Shown here: positions 17,078 to 26,588 of the stretch, in pieces | Layout: the number at the start of each line of letters is the position of its first letter | Numbering within the stretch: the first letter of the stretch is position 1 | Origin: Nitrospirota bacterium | GTDB lineage: Bacteria; Nitrospirota; Thermodesulfovibrionia; Thermodesulfovibrionales; JdFR-88 | Direction: 5' to 3' | Assembly: GCA_021789935.1 (NCBI GenBank) | Contig: JAJYIR010000001.1 | Span: 75,807 to 139,806, forward strand | Length of the DNA stretch: 64,000 bases | Notes under the pieces: generated by a model | What the model saw: the letters and a program-made list of their open reading frames with translations, nothing else | Told to the model about the DNA's origin: nothing | The model's database searches: none | Made by a program: the position numbers and the translations under genes

Positions 17078-18244
17078 TCAAAAGCAATGCTTTACCCCTT
17101 CTAAAAGCATAGCATCCCCATAGGAAAAAAATCTATAACCGCCTGAAATCGCCGTCTTATAGGCTTCAAGCAGGGGAGCCCAACCCGCCATCGCAGCCGC
17201 CAGCATGAGGGGGGTCGAGCGTGGAAGATGGAAGTTCGTGACCAGCCGGTCGACCGCCCTGAACCGGTAGCCCGGATAGATGAAGATGTCCGTGCTGCCG
17301 AGGATTTTCTTCCCATCAACGGTGGTATCGGCCTCAAGGGAGCCTTCGGGACACTGCGCATACATGCCGGAGAAAAAACTCTCTATGGCCCTTGTTGTGG
17401 TGGTGCCGACCGCGCAGACCTTTCCGCCGCCCGCCTTTACGTCTTTTATCTCCTCTATCAGGGCACTGTCAAACTCGAAATATTCACTATCCATCTTATG
17501 GCCTTCAACCAGGCGGCTCTTCACCGGTCTGAACGTGCCCCTGCCCACATGCAGCGTAAGGCTCCTCACGGCCACGCCTTTTTCCCGTATGGCTTCAAGA
17601 AGCCCGGGGGTGAAATGAAGCCCGGCTGTCGGGGCCGCGATGGAGCCGCAACAGCCGCCATGGGCCCGGGGGCCAGTCTTCGCGCGTACCTCATTTTTCG
17701 CATAAACGGTCTGATAGCGCTCCTTATCGGCCTCATCCGGCCTGCGCTTTATGTACGGGGGCAGGGGCATCTGCCCGCATCCGGCAAGCGCCTGCAAAAC
17801 GCCGCCTTTGCAAATGACTTTTACTTCCCTGTCCTTTCCGGAAAACTCCAGGGAAAGATCTTCGGAGACCTTTAAAATACCGGCATACCTGCCCCTGTAA
17901 AGGGCTTCCCAGGTTTCTTCGATCCAGGATTCCTCTTCTATAAAAGCCCCACCGTCCGCGGGGAAAAAACCGTTTTTCCCGCCGCCGTCAGCCTTCTTCC
18001 GCACGAGGACCACTTCAAGGAGCCCGCCGGTCTCTTTTCTGCCCAAAAGCCGCACAGGGAGCACCCTGGTGTCGTTTATGAGAAGGATGTCGCCTTTTTC
18101 GAGGTATCCTGGAAGGTCATAAAAATGCCTGTGCTCCGTTTTTCCGTCCTTGAGAACAAACAGCCTGGAACCGTCTCTCTCGTTTGCCGGCCTTAACGCT
18201 ATCAGGTCCTGGGGCAAATCAAAATTGAATTCTTCTACTTCCAT
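17078..18244 (-). CDS. queA: S-adenosylmethionine:tRNA ribosyltransferase-isomerase
   Basis: FDLPQDLIALRPANERDGSRL, PLPPYIKR, GTTTTRAIES and NFHLPRSTPLML. Longer than typical because of Gly-rich inserts. Confidence 0.9.
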   Translation of the reverse strand: MEVEEFNFDLPQDLIALRPANERDGSRLFVLKDGKTEHRHFYDLPGYLEKGDILLINDTRVLPVRLLGRKETGGLLEVVLVRKKADGGGKNGFFPADGGAFIEEESWIEETWEALYRGRYAGILKVSEDLSLEFSGKDREVKVICKGGVLQALAGCGQMPLPPYIKRRPDEADKERYQTVYAKNEVRAKTGPRAHGGCCGSIAAPTAGLHFTPGLLEAIREKGVAVRSLTLHVGRGTFRPVKSRLVEGHKMDSEYFEFDSALIEEIKDVKAGGGKVCAVGTTTTRAIESFFSGMYAQCPEGSLEADTTVDGKKILGSTDIFIYPGYRFRAVDRLVTNFHLPRSTPLMLAAAMAGWAPLLEAYKTAISGGYRFFSYGDAMLLEGVKHCF

Positions 18245-19284
18245 TTGACGAGTTTTGTGCCCGGATAAAAATAGGAAAGTATGTCGGTGTACTTCATTCC
18301 TTGCCTGGCCATCTCAAGGGCTGACCACTGGCAAAGGCCGACGCCGTGCCCGTAGCCTTTACCCCTGGCCGTCAGGTGGCCGTTTTTGAACTGCATGCTG
18401 AAATCGGTGGAAGGAAGGTCCTTCCATCCGATGAGCCTCCTCAAATCCACAGCCTTCACCGTAAAGACGCCCTTGCTGCCCGATACGGTAATGTCCGCCA
18501 CCCTGCCCGTGCACGTCCGGGATTTTATTTCCATGCCGATGATAGAGCCTGTGTCCATGCCTCCCGCCTTGAGCGCCTTCTGAATCCTGTCTGCAGGGAA
18601 CCTTCTTGTCCATGCGCTGTAGGGCGAAAGGTCGCATTTTACCTTTACCGGTTTAAGGTAAGGTATGTGTTTGCCAAAGACCGCAAACGGGTCCTCCGTC
18701 TCGCCGCATGACGTGGAATGGAAAAAAGCCTCTATGGGTTTCCCGTTATAGACCAGCACCTGCCCCTTTGTGGCGTCGACCGCGTCGCTGACCTCCTTGT
18801 CATACCCGTCATCCCCGCCGTAAACCTGGTCCAGCACGGATGAAGTGAGGTCGTATTTCATCTGCCCCATATGCATCTGCCTGTTTATCGCGTATGTCCT
18901 TGAAAGGACCGCCTGGGCCTTAAGCGCCTCCGTGGCCCAGTCCCTTCCGGTTTCGGCCTCCACCACGCTTTTCACATACTTTTCTATATTCACCTTGTCG
19001 ATGAGATAAAGTCCTTTGTCCCCTCCCCATACCTCTATCTTCCCGCTGTAGGGTTTTTCGCCGACAAGGAGCTTTCCCGCCGTCTTGTCCAGCAGCACGA
19101 TCTTGTCCCGGCCGTCAGGTATCTTGTTGAACTCGCCGTCCAGGATCAATACCCTCACATAGCCGGCCTCAGCCGTGCCGCATAAAAAAAGAAGGGAAAA
19201 TGAGAAAGACAAAAAAGACAAAAAAGTCAAAAAAGACAAAAAAATCAAAAAAGGATAAAAGGCCGTCTTATGCCCCGAAGCCAA
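18235..19284 (-). CDS. SpoIID/LytB domain protein (cell-wall amidase enhancer)
   Basis: YVKSVVEAETG...EALKAQAVLSRTY...FHSTSCGET...GHGVGLCQW. The signal peptide is encoded by a 9-bp tandem repeat. Confidence 0.8.
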   Translation of the reverse strand: MASGHKTAFYPFLIFLSFLTFLSFLSFSFSLLFLCGTAEAGYVRVLILDGEFNKIPDGRDKIVLLDKTAGKLLVGEKPYSGKIEVWGGDKGLYLIDKVNIEKYVKSVVEAETGRDWATEALKAQAVLSRTYAINRQMHMGQMKYDLTSSVLDQVYGGDDGYDKEVSDAVDATKGQVLVYNGKPIEAFFHSTSCGETEDPFAVFGKHIPYLKPVKVKCDLSPYSAWTRRFPADRIQKALKAGGMDTGSIIGMEIKSRTCTGRVADITVSGSKGVFTVKAVDLRRLIGWKDLPSTDFSMQFKNGHLTARGKGYGHGVGLCQWSALEMARQGMKYTDILSYFYPGTKLVKWK

Positions 19285-19290
19285 AAAATT

Positions 19291-19527
19291 TCACCTCCGT
19301 CTGAAAAAAAACAATATCAAAGTAAGTATGATGCTTATTATGAGGCTTGTCGCAATGGGAAAATAAAAAGTGAACTCCCTTTTCTTTATAAGTATGTCGC
19401 CCGGGAGCCTTCCAAGGTGCCTGAAAAAAGGCAGTTTCCCCGCAAACATCAAAAAAAACCCGGCAGCCGCCACAATCAGCCCGGCCACCACGAGCAGCCT
19501 GCCTAAAAACTGCTCATGGCCGCTCAT
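19291..19527 (-). CDS. DUF2905 family small membrane protein
   Basis: LGRLPGDILIKKREFTFYFPIATSLIISIILTLI is the characteristic DUF2905 pattern. Confidence 0.7.
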   Translation of the reverse strand: MSGHEQFLGRLLVVAGLIVAAAGFFLMFAGKLPFFRHLGRLPGDILIKKREFTFYFPIATSLIISIILTLILFFFRRR

Positions 19528-20077
19528 TTCCGCCTCGTACTGTCTCTTTTATGAAGCGCTCCATCTCCGAGAAAATGCAGCCGCAGTATTTCTGCCTGTA
19601 AAACCCAAGCTCCCTGGAAAGGGCTTCCCCTTCCCTGAAGCCGCCTCTCCAGTCCTCCAGGTAGAACGGGACGTGAAAAAGCCTTTCCGCCTCCGCCGCT
19701 TCGGCGGTTATTATATCAAACTTCTGGTAAGGGCTGTACATCAGCGTTGTGGCAAACGCGTCGGCCTTCATTTTTTTTGCCGCGCAGGCCGCTTCTCTTA
19801 ATCTCATTCTGTAACAGTGGGCGCACCGAAGGCCGTCTTTCGTGTCCTGTCCGGTCTCGTCAAGGAACTCCATCAACCCGTAGCGGTCCATGTATGTGAT
19901 GTCCAGGCCCCAGAGTTCCTGGAGCCGCCGCACCGCATCCAGCCTCTTCAGGTATTCCTGCGCGGGATGGATGTTCGGGTTATACCAGAGGCCCTTTATC
20001 GAAACACCTTCCCCGTTCAGCTTCCGGACGGGATAAAGGGCGCAGTTGGCGCAGCAGATGTGCAGAAGAAGTTTCAT
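19514..20077 (-). CDS. queH: Epoxyqueuosine reductase QueH (DUF208)
   Basis: MKLLLHICCANCALYP start, and a C-terminal YRQKYCGCIFS. I prefer the start at M7 of the track ORF. Confidence 0.85.
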   Translation of the reverse strand: MKLLLHICCANCALYPVRKLNGEGVSIKGLWYNPNIHPAQEYLKRLDAVRRLQELWGLDITYMDRYGLMEFLDETGQDTKDGLRCAHCYRMRLREAACAAKKMKADAFATTLMYSPYQKFDIITAEAAEAERLFHVPFYLEDWRGGFREGEALSRELGFYRQKYCGCIFSEMERFIKETVRGGNERP

Positions 20078-20152
20078 GAAAATATTGTACCCCATATGAT
20101 TTTTGTTTTTTTATTGCCCCATGTAATATCATAAAAATCAATACCATAAAAT

Positions 20153-20845
20153 ATGAAAAGCCCAATGGCTGAAAACATTGAGGGAGTTTTCCTCAGGATC
20201 AGGGAGGCGGCCGCGAAGGCCGGTAGGGACCCGCGGAGCGTAACGCTTGTTGCCGCCTCGAAATCGGTGTCTCCGGAAAAGGTGAAGGAGGCCTTCGGTG
20301 CCGGGCTTTCCGATTTCGGCGAAAACCGCATACAGGAAGCCCAAAAGAAGATGGGCGCTCTCTCCGGACTGCCGCTGCGGTGGCACTTTTTCGGCCATCT
20401 CCAGACAAACAAGGCAAACGCGGCGATGGACATGGGGTTTGAGCTTATCCACTCTGTGGACTCCGTAAGGCTTCTGAACATCCTTGAAACCCGCGCGGCA
20501 AAAGCTGGCAAAAATCAGCGTGCTCTCGTAGAGGTGAAACTCTCCGCCGAGCCATCGAAGCACGGAGTGCAGGAGGAGGGGCTCTTTGAAATTCTTTACG
20601 CCTCCAGGGGGGCCTCCCGTATTAAAATAGAGGGGCTTATGACGGTGCCGCCTTATTTCACCGGCAGGCAGGAGGCAAGGCCCTATTTTGCAAGGCTCAG
20701 GGCGCTTAGGGAAAAGGCGGAAGCCGAAGGGTTTTATCTGCCCCATCTTTCAATGGGAATGTCGCACGATTTTGAGGCGGCGATAGAGGAAGGCGCCACG
20801 ATAGTGAGAATAGGGACAGCAATATTCGGAGGTAGGGAAAAATGA
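20153..20845 (+). CDS. yggS: YggS-family pyridoxal-phosphate homeostasis protein
   Basis: VTLVAASKSV, FGENRIQEA, WHFFGHLQTNK and LSMGMSHDFEAAIEEGATIVRIG. Confidence 0.9.
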   Translation: MKSPMAENIEGVFLRIREAAAKAGRDPRSVTLVAASKSVSPEKVKEAFGAGLSDFGENRIQEAQKKMGALSGLPLRWHFFGHLQTNKANAAMDMGFELIHSVDSVRLLNILETRAAKAGKNQRALVEVKLSAEPSKHGVQEEGLFEILYASRGASRIKIEGLMTVPPYFTGRQEARPYFARLRALREKAEAEGFYLPHLSMGMSHDFEAAIEEGATIVRIGTAIFGGREK

Positions 20846-21651
20846 CAGGTTTCATAGGCGGCGGCAACATGGCCGAAGCGCTTATTAAAGGAATGAGGGC
20901 CAGGGGCGGGGGTGATATCCTGGTTGCAGAACCCTTGGAGCAAAGAAGAAAGTACCTGGAGGAGACCTACAAGGTGAGGACCACGGCCTCCAACAGGGAG
21001 GCGGCCATGGAGTCCGAAGTATTGATAATTGCTGTAAAGCCCCAGGTGATCGATAATGCCCTCGCGGACATTAAGGACGCATTCGCCGGGGGAAAAGACC
21101 GGAAAGAACAAAAACTGGCCGCATCGATCGCGGCGGGCATAAGGCTGGCCTACCTGGAGGAAAAACTGGGCACGGAAAACGTGGTGCGGGCGATGCCTAA
21201 CACCCCCGCCCTGGCAGGCCAGGGAATAACTGTGCTTGCCATGCGCGAGTGCGTCTCCGAAGCCGGGCTTTTTGGCCGCTTGAAGGAGATATTCATGACC
21301 GTGGGCAAGGTGATGGTAATGCCGGAAAAATACATGGACGCTGTCACCGCCCTCTCCGGCAGCGGCCCGGCGTTCTTCGCCCTGTTCGTCGAAGGGCTGG
21401 TTGAAGGCGCGGTTAAGCAGGGCCTTCCGCGGCAGCAGGCGCTGGAGCTTGCCATTCAGACGGCCGCTGGCACCATAAAGATGCTGGAAGACGGCATGGA
21501 CACGACCAGGCTGCGGGTGATGGTCACTTCCCCTGGAGGCACCACGCAGGCCGGGCTGAACGTGCTGGAAAGCAGGGGATTTAAGGATATCCTTTATGAT
21601 ACAATAGAGGCCGCGGCCAGAAGGGCCGAAGAGCTGGCAAGAGGTTTTTAA
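20842..21651 (+). CDS. proC: Pyrroline-5-carboxylate reductase
   Basis: FIGGGNMAEALIKG, MPNTPA and SPGGTT motifs. Overlaps the yggS stop. Confidence 0.9.
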   Translation: MTGFIGGGNMAEALIKGMRARGGGDILVAEPLEQRRKYLEETYKVRTTASNREAAMESEVLIIAVKPQVIDNALADIKDAFAGGKDRKEQKLAASIAAGIRLAYLEEKLGTENVVRAMPNTPALAGQGITVLAMRECVSEAGLFGRLKEIFMTVGKVMVMPEKYMDAVTALSGSGPAFFALFVEGLVEGAVKQGLPRQQALELAIQTAAGTIKMLEDGMDTTRLRVMVTSPGGTTQAGLNVLESRGFKDILYDTIEAAARRAEELARGF

Positions 21652-21677
21652 GAAGGAAGGACGCAAGGCAAAGCAAA

Positions 21678-21977
21678 ATGTTCGTCATAGGCAATTTCAT
21701 CTCTGCCATTGCGGAAATACTGGATATAGTCCTTTCCTTATACGTGTGGATCATCATAATAGCCGCGCTCATAAGCTGGGTAAACCCAGACCCCTACAAC
21801 CCCATCGTGAGATTTCTGTACAAGGCCACTGACCCGGTGCTCCGGCCTGTAAGGCGCGTCATCGGAACCTTCGGCGGCATAGACGTTTCACCGCTCGTTG
21901 TAATACTGGCCATCTACTTTATTAAATATTTCGCCATAGCGTCCCTAAGGGAGCTTGCTTTCAGGCTGGGAAGATGA
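21678..21977 (+). CDS. yggT: YggT family membrane protein
   Basis: ISWVNPDPYNPIVRFLYKATDPVLRPVRR signature; about 99 aa. Confidence 0.85.
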   Translation: MFVIGNFISAIAEILDIVLSLYVWIIIIAALISWVNPDPYNPIVRFLYKATDPVLRPVRRVIGTFGGIDVSPLVVILAIYFIKYFAIASLRELAFRLGR

Positions 21978-21999
21978 AGCGAAAAGGGAGGTCTTTCGC

Positions 22000-22527
22000 A
22001 TGAGAATAACGCCGCTGGACATACAGCAGAAACAGTTCCCCGTAAAGTTCCGGGGATTCGAGATGGACGAGGTTTATGCCTTTCTGGAGCTCGTCAGGGA
22101 AGAGATGGAGGAACTGATGAGGGAAAACTCCTCCCTTAAAGAGACGATATCCAGGCTGGACAGCCAGCTCAAGGATTACAAGAACATGGAATCTTCCCTG
22201 AAAGACACGCTTATGACGGCCCAGCAGATGGTCGACGAGTACAAGAACAATTCCAGGAAAGAAGCCGAGCTTATCCACAGGGAGGCTGAAATAAAGGCCG
22301 AGGAGATGCTCCGGGACGCCCAGGAACGGGTGGTAAAGATACATGAAGACATCGTGGACCTGAAGGGCATAAGGAGGCATTTCAAAGAGGAGCTCAAGCG
22401 CCTTATCCAAAACCACCTTCAGATGATCGAGTTCGACAAGGAAAGGGAGGGTGAGGACGGAGAAGCCCCCCAAAACAACGGAGGTTTCATTAGAAACGAG
22501 CTTGAAAACGAGGCCGATGACTTGTGA
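22000..22527 (+). CDS. divIVA: DivIVA domain protein
   Basis: MRITPLDIQQKQFPVKFRGFEMDEVYAFL followed by a coiled coil. AAGGGAGG SD before the ATG at 22000. Confidence 0.85.
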   Translation: MRITPLDIQQKQFPVKFRGFEMDEVYAFLELVREEMEELMRENSSLKETISRLDSQLKDYKNMESSLKDTLMTAQQMVDEYKNNSRKEAELIHREAEIKAEEMLRDAQERVVKIHEDIVDLKGIRRHFKEELKRLIQNHLQMIEFDKEREGEDGEAPQNNGGFIRNELENEADDL

Positions 22528-23780
22528 AGCCCCGTTTTACAGCACTTAAGGGCGTAGCCGACGTCCTGCCTCCGGAGACCGGCCTGTGGAGGAAAATAGA
22601 AAACACGGCGTGCCTTGTCATGGGCGCCTACGGCTATGAAGAGATCAGACCCCCCGTAATGGAACAAACCGGCCTGTTCCTCAGAAGCATAGGCGGCTCC
22701 TCGGACATCGTGGCCAAAGAGATGTACACCTTTACCGACAAGGGGGAAAGAAGCGTAAGCCTGCGCCCCGAAGGGACTGCTTCCATTGTGCGGGCATACG
22801 TTGAGCACAACCTTTCCTCTCGTCCGGCCCCTCAAAAATTCTTCTATTCCGGCCCCATGTTCCGCTATGAAAGACCGCAGAAAGGCAGACAGCGGCAGTT
22901 CTATCAGCTTGGGGCGGAGTGCTTTGGCATAGCGGACCCCGGAGTGGATGCAGAGATGATAATAATGCTCATGGCCTTCCTGGACAGGCTTGGGCTGAAG
23001 GGGTTATCCCTGGAGCTAAACTCCATCGGATGCAAAGAATGCCGCCCCGCGTTCAGGGAGCGCCTGAGGGAGTTTTTTGCGCCCCGCCTGGGCGAGCTCT
23101 GCCCTGACTGCCAGAGGCGCTACGAGCAAAACCCCCTGAGGATACTGGATTGCAAGGTGGAGCGCTGCGGCGAGATAAGAAAAGGCTCTCCTCTTATAAG
23201 TGAAACTCTCTGCCAGGACTGCAGGGAACACTTTACCGCTCTTCTTGAGTTCCTTGACGTCATGGGTACGGCCTACGTCTTTAACCCGCACATGGTAAGA
23301 GGTTTGGATTACTACACAAGGACCGTTTTCGAAGTAAAGGGCGGGGCCTGCATGGGAGCCCAGAACGCCGTTGCGGCCGGGGGGAGATACGACCTTCTTG
23401 TGTCCGAATTCGGCGGGCCGGAGACCCCCGCGATCGGTTTTGCGGCTGGGATGGAGAGGCTGGCGGGGCTCCTCCAAGGGGAAGCCGTCACGCCGGGGCC
23501 CGCGCTTTTTATCGCTTCCCTTGGGAAGGAGGCGGCCGTGGAGGCCCTGAAGCTGGCATCACGCCTCCGGGAGGGTGGCACGCGGGTGGAGCTTGGATGG
23601 GGAGGTTTTTCCCTTAAAAGCCAGTTGAGGAGGGCCGATAAGATAGGCGCCGGCAATGTTGTCATTATCGGCGAGGACGAGCTTAAAAGCGGCAGCTTCA
23701 AATGGAAAAATTTGAAAGACGGCTCCTCTGGCGAGGCAGGGCGGGAAGATATTTTTGCACAATTTTCCCAGGCCAAATAG
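22524..23780 (+). CDS. hisS: Histidine-tRNA ligase
   Basis: Class II motifs (LRPEGTAS, FRYERPQKGRQRQFYQ, GGGRYD) and the expected length. Confidence 0.95.
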   Translation: MKPRFTALKGVADVLPPETGLWRKIENTACLVMGAYGYEEIRPPVMEQTGLFLRSIGGSSDIVAKEMYTFTDKGERSVSLRPEGTASIVRAYVEHNLSSRPAPQKFFYSGPMFRYERPQKGRQRQFYQLGAECFGIADPGVDAEMIIMLMAFLDRLGLKGLSLELNSIGCKECRPAFRERLREFFAPRLGELCPDCQRRYEQNPLRILDCKVERCGEIRKGSPLISETLCQDCREHFTALLEFLDVMGTAYVFNPHMVRGLDYYTRTVFEVKGGACMGAQNAVAAGGRYDLLVSEFGGPETPAIGFAAGMERLAGLLQGEAVTPGPALFIASLGKEAAVEALKLASRLREGGTRVELGWGGFSLKSQLRRADKIGAGNVVIIGEDELKSGSFKWKNLKDGSSGEAGREDIFAQFSQAK

Positions 23781-23843
23781 TTTTTTACTTTTTATTTTTT
23801 GTTTTTTTGTTTATGTCTTTTTTAAAATTTCCAGTTTACACAG

Positions 23844-24794
23844 ATGATTGGGATATCTTCCATAATGCCGGGGGTGTGCTTGTCAGTGGCCATAGCTTTC
23901 CTGGCCCTGCTGGCACCCTCTCTCCACGCATCCTTTGACGCTCTGCTGATATCCCCCCTGCTGGGGATGCTCTTTGGAAATTTTATAGAAAAAAAAGACG
24001 TATTCGATCCGGGCGCCAGGTTTTGCACCGGGAAGGTCCTGCCCGCCGGGCTTGGTCTATACGGGGCACAGATGGTCATTTCCGGACCGGCCATACGGTT
24101 TCTGCCCCCTGTGCTCGGAGCGAGCCTGCTTTTTTTCATCATAACTTTTCTAGTGACCAAGGGGTTCGGGCTTGAATCCGGCATCTCCATACTGCTTTGC
24201 ACCGGCCTTTCCATGTGCGGGGCTGGCGCCGTAGCCATCATCTCAGGCACCATGGATTCGGACAGGAACGATTTGTCCATCTCCCTGATCTCCTTGTGGA
24301 CCATAGGACTTGCAGGCATGTTAGCAATGACCTTCTGCCCCGACGCGCTTGCGCTTGCCTCCCAGAAATTCGCGTTCATGCTGGGGGCGGCCCTTCCTTC
24401 GCTTGGCCTGATAAGGGCGGCATCTGCGCCCATGGGCACAAAGTTTATCGGCCTTGCCACAAGCATGAAGCTCATAAGGACGGCGCTTGCAGGTTTTCTG
24501 GCAATGTGGCTGTATTTTACAAAAAAGGCCGTGCGGACCTCCGGGGCGCTCTGTTTTATTTCGATATTTTCCGGCTTGGCGCTGGCGGTAAACCTGCTTG
24601 GACCGGCGGGGCTCAGATTGAGCGGCGCACTTGCCCCCGCGGGTCTCTTCGTTCTGTCCGTTTCCCTGGCTGCCCTCGGGTTTTCCGTTGATTTCGATTC
24701 CATACTCCTGAAAGGGGCCTCCCCATTACTGGCTACCCTCTTTGCATGGGGCATTTCGGTCCTTTTCATTTACCTGGCGATGAAGGCGTTTTGA
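23844..24794 (+). CDS. YeiH/UPF0324-type putative sulfate-exporter family membrane protein
   Basis: About 10 TM segments and a YeiH-like N-terminus. The assignment rests on overall pattern only. Confidence 0.65.
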   Translation: MIGISSIMPGVCLSVAIAFLALLAPSLHASFDALLISPLLGMLFGNFIEKKDVFDPGARFCTGKVLPAGLGLYGAQMVISGPAIRFLPPVLGASLLFFIITFLVTKGFGLESGISILLCTGLSMCGAGAVAIISGTMDSDRNDLSISLISLWTIGLAGMLAMTFCPDALALASQKFAFMLGAALPSLGLIRAASAPMGTKFIGLATSMKLIRTALAGFLAMWLYFTKKAVRTSGALCFISIFSGLALAVNLLGPAGLRLSGALAPAGLFVLSVSLAALGFSVDFDSILLKGASPLLATLFAWGISVLFIYLAMKAF

Positions 24795-26578
24795 CAGTGA
24801 AGAGGACCTTGGCCGCCGGTTTTTTCCTCTTTCTTTTTTCCTTCACATCCGCCATAGTGGCAATAATGCTATTGATATCCGGCCACCAGTCCCATCTGAT
24901 AATGGCCCGAATGGAAAGTCTTGCATCTGTTTCCGTGGAGCAGAAACTTGTTTATTCCAGGCTGGCAGATGAAGGAGAAGACCGGTTTCTTGCGGTTGGG
25001 TTTTATGTATTCATAACCGGTTTCATGGCCTCGCTGTTTTTCGGTAACAGGTTCCTCAAGGCAGTAAAGGACCTCCATTCGGCGGCCGTCGCCATCAATT
25101 CCGGAGACGCCGCCCGGGACATCTTCATTACGGAGCCGTCCTCCGGGGCGGGTGAGCTCTCGGAAATAGCAGCCGCCATGAACAGGCTCTCGGGGATGCT
25201 CAGGGACAGGGAAGAGGCCCTGGCTTTAAAAAACCGGTATGTGGACATGATGCTGGATGCCCTTTGGGTGATAAACAAAAAAAATCTCGTTGCGGACATA
25301 AACCCGGCATTCACAGAGCTTCTGGGATATGAACGGGACGATATCATAGGGTTTCCGGTCTTTGATTTCATGGACGAAAAAAGCGAACGGGCGCTGAGAA
25401 AACACATGGCCTCCAGCGAAGACGGCGTATGCCCCTCCTGTGAGCTCATGCTCATCTCGAAAAATGGGGACATGGTGCCCGCAATGGCGTCATGGGCCCC
25501 TTTCCAGGCATATAAAAGCGAAAACGCCGTCAGGCTCGGCATACTGAGGGACTTCAGGCGGGAGGCCGGGTTCAGGGAAACCCTGAGGGAGGCCGCCGAA
25601 TATCAACAGGCATTCATGGACAGCATGCCCATGCCCTTTTTGGTGGCCGACGAGGGGCTTGACATCATCATGTCCAACAAGGCCGCCAAGGATTGGGCCG
25701 GAGGAGACCCTGACCGGGGGAAAACCTGCGCCCCGAACGGGAAAACCTGCGCTTCCGTGAATTGCCCCGTAAAAATGGTCTTCAAGACCGGAAGGCCGCA
25801 GATAGGGGATTGTTCTTCCTGCTCAGAAAAAATCCGGGGACAGTCTTCTGCGTTTTATGAAATCATGGCCTATCCGGTCAAAAACGGACGGGGCCTCGTA
25901 AAGCATGCAACAGTCGTCATCCGGGACGTCACCGGGCAAAAACGGACCAGGGAGGAAACGGACAGGAAGGAAAGGGAGCTGGCGGGCCTCCTGGATTTTT
26001 CGGCAATCGTAAACGGTTCGCTTCGCGGCGAGGATGTCTTTACCCCCGCACTAAAAAAACTGGTGGAGCTTACCTGCATGGACGGGGCATGCCTCTTCCT
26101 TCCTGATGAAATGGGCGAAGGGCTTTCCGGCAAATACCACACGGGGCCTCTGTCCGGGTTCTTCAGGGAAAACGGAACATTCAGCATCGAAAAGATGGGC
26201 AGGCCCGCAGAAACCCGCCGGGTTGAAGAAACGGGCGGCACCGGCGGAGACATACCCGGACGGGCGGCCTCCGGTAATCCGTTCACAACAGACGATCTTT
26301 CCTCAGACCCCAGGGCGGAAAAATCCGTCTTCAGGCAAACGGGCATACGCGCCTGCGCGGCATTCCCGATGCACGGGAAGGAAAAAAAGATAACCGGGGT
26401 GCTTCTCCTCTTCAGTTTCTCGAAACACGAGTGGCGCCGGGAAGAAGAGGACATGATAATTCGCGCGGCCCGTATGGCGGGCATGTCGCTGGAGAACATA
26501 AGACTTTATGAGAATATGCGCCATCTTTGTAATCAGCTGAAGCGGGAAAGGGAAGAAAAACAGAACGAGGGGGAATGA
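24746..26578 (+). CDS. Membrane sensor protein HAMP-PAS-PAS-GAF with no recognisable output domain
   Basis: TM segment plus HAMP (ELSEIAAAMNRLSGMLRDRE). PAS (LWVINKKNLVADINPAFTELLGYERDDIIG). C-terminal GAF-like region. An alternative GTG start at 24797 would remove the overlap with the upstream gene. Confidence 0.7.
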   Translation: MGHFGPFHLPGDEGVLTVKRTLAAGFFLFLFSFTSAIVAIMLLISGHQSHLIMARMESLASVSVEQKLVYSRLADEGEDRFLAVGFYVFITGFMASLFFGNRFLKAVKDLHSAAVAINSGDAARDIFITEPSSGAGELSEIAAAMNRLSGMLRDREEALALKNRYVDMMLDALWVINKKNLVADINPAFTELLGYERDDIIGFPVFDFMDEKSERALRKHMASSEDGVCPSCELMLISKNGDMVPAMASWAPFQAYKSENAVRLGILRDFRREAGFRETLREAAEYQQAFMDSMPMPFLVADEGLDIIMSNKAAKDWAGGDPDRGKTCAPNGKTCASVNCPVKMVFKTGRPQIGDCSSCSEKIRGQSSAFYEIMAYPVKNGRGLVKHATVVIRDVTGQKRTREETDRKERELAGLLDFSAIVNGSLRGEDVFTPALKKLVELTCMDGACLFLPDEMGEGLSGKYHTGPLSGFFRENGTFSIEKMGRPAETRRVEETGGTGGDIPGRAASGNPFTTDDLSSDPRAEKSVFRQTGIRACAAFPMHGKEKKITGVLLLFSFSKHEWRREEEDMIIRAARMAGMSLENIRLYENMRHLCNQLKREREEKQNEGE

Positions 26579-26588
26579 CCCCTGTTTT

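Noticed and set aside
19190-19260. A regularly spaced short repeat, considered as a mini CRISPR-like or non-coding array.
   Set aside because: The period is only 9 bp and there are no spacers. It lies inside the SpoIID gene, where it encodes the signal peptide.
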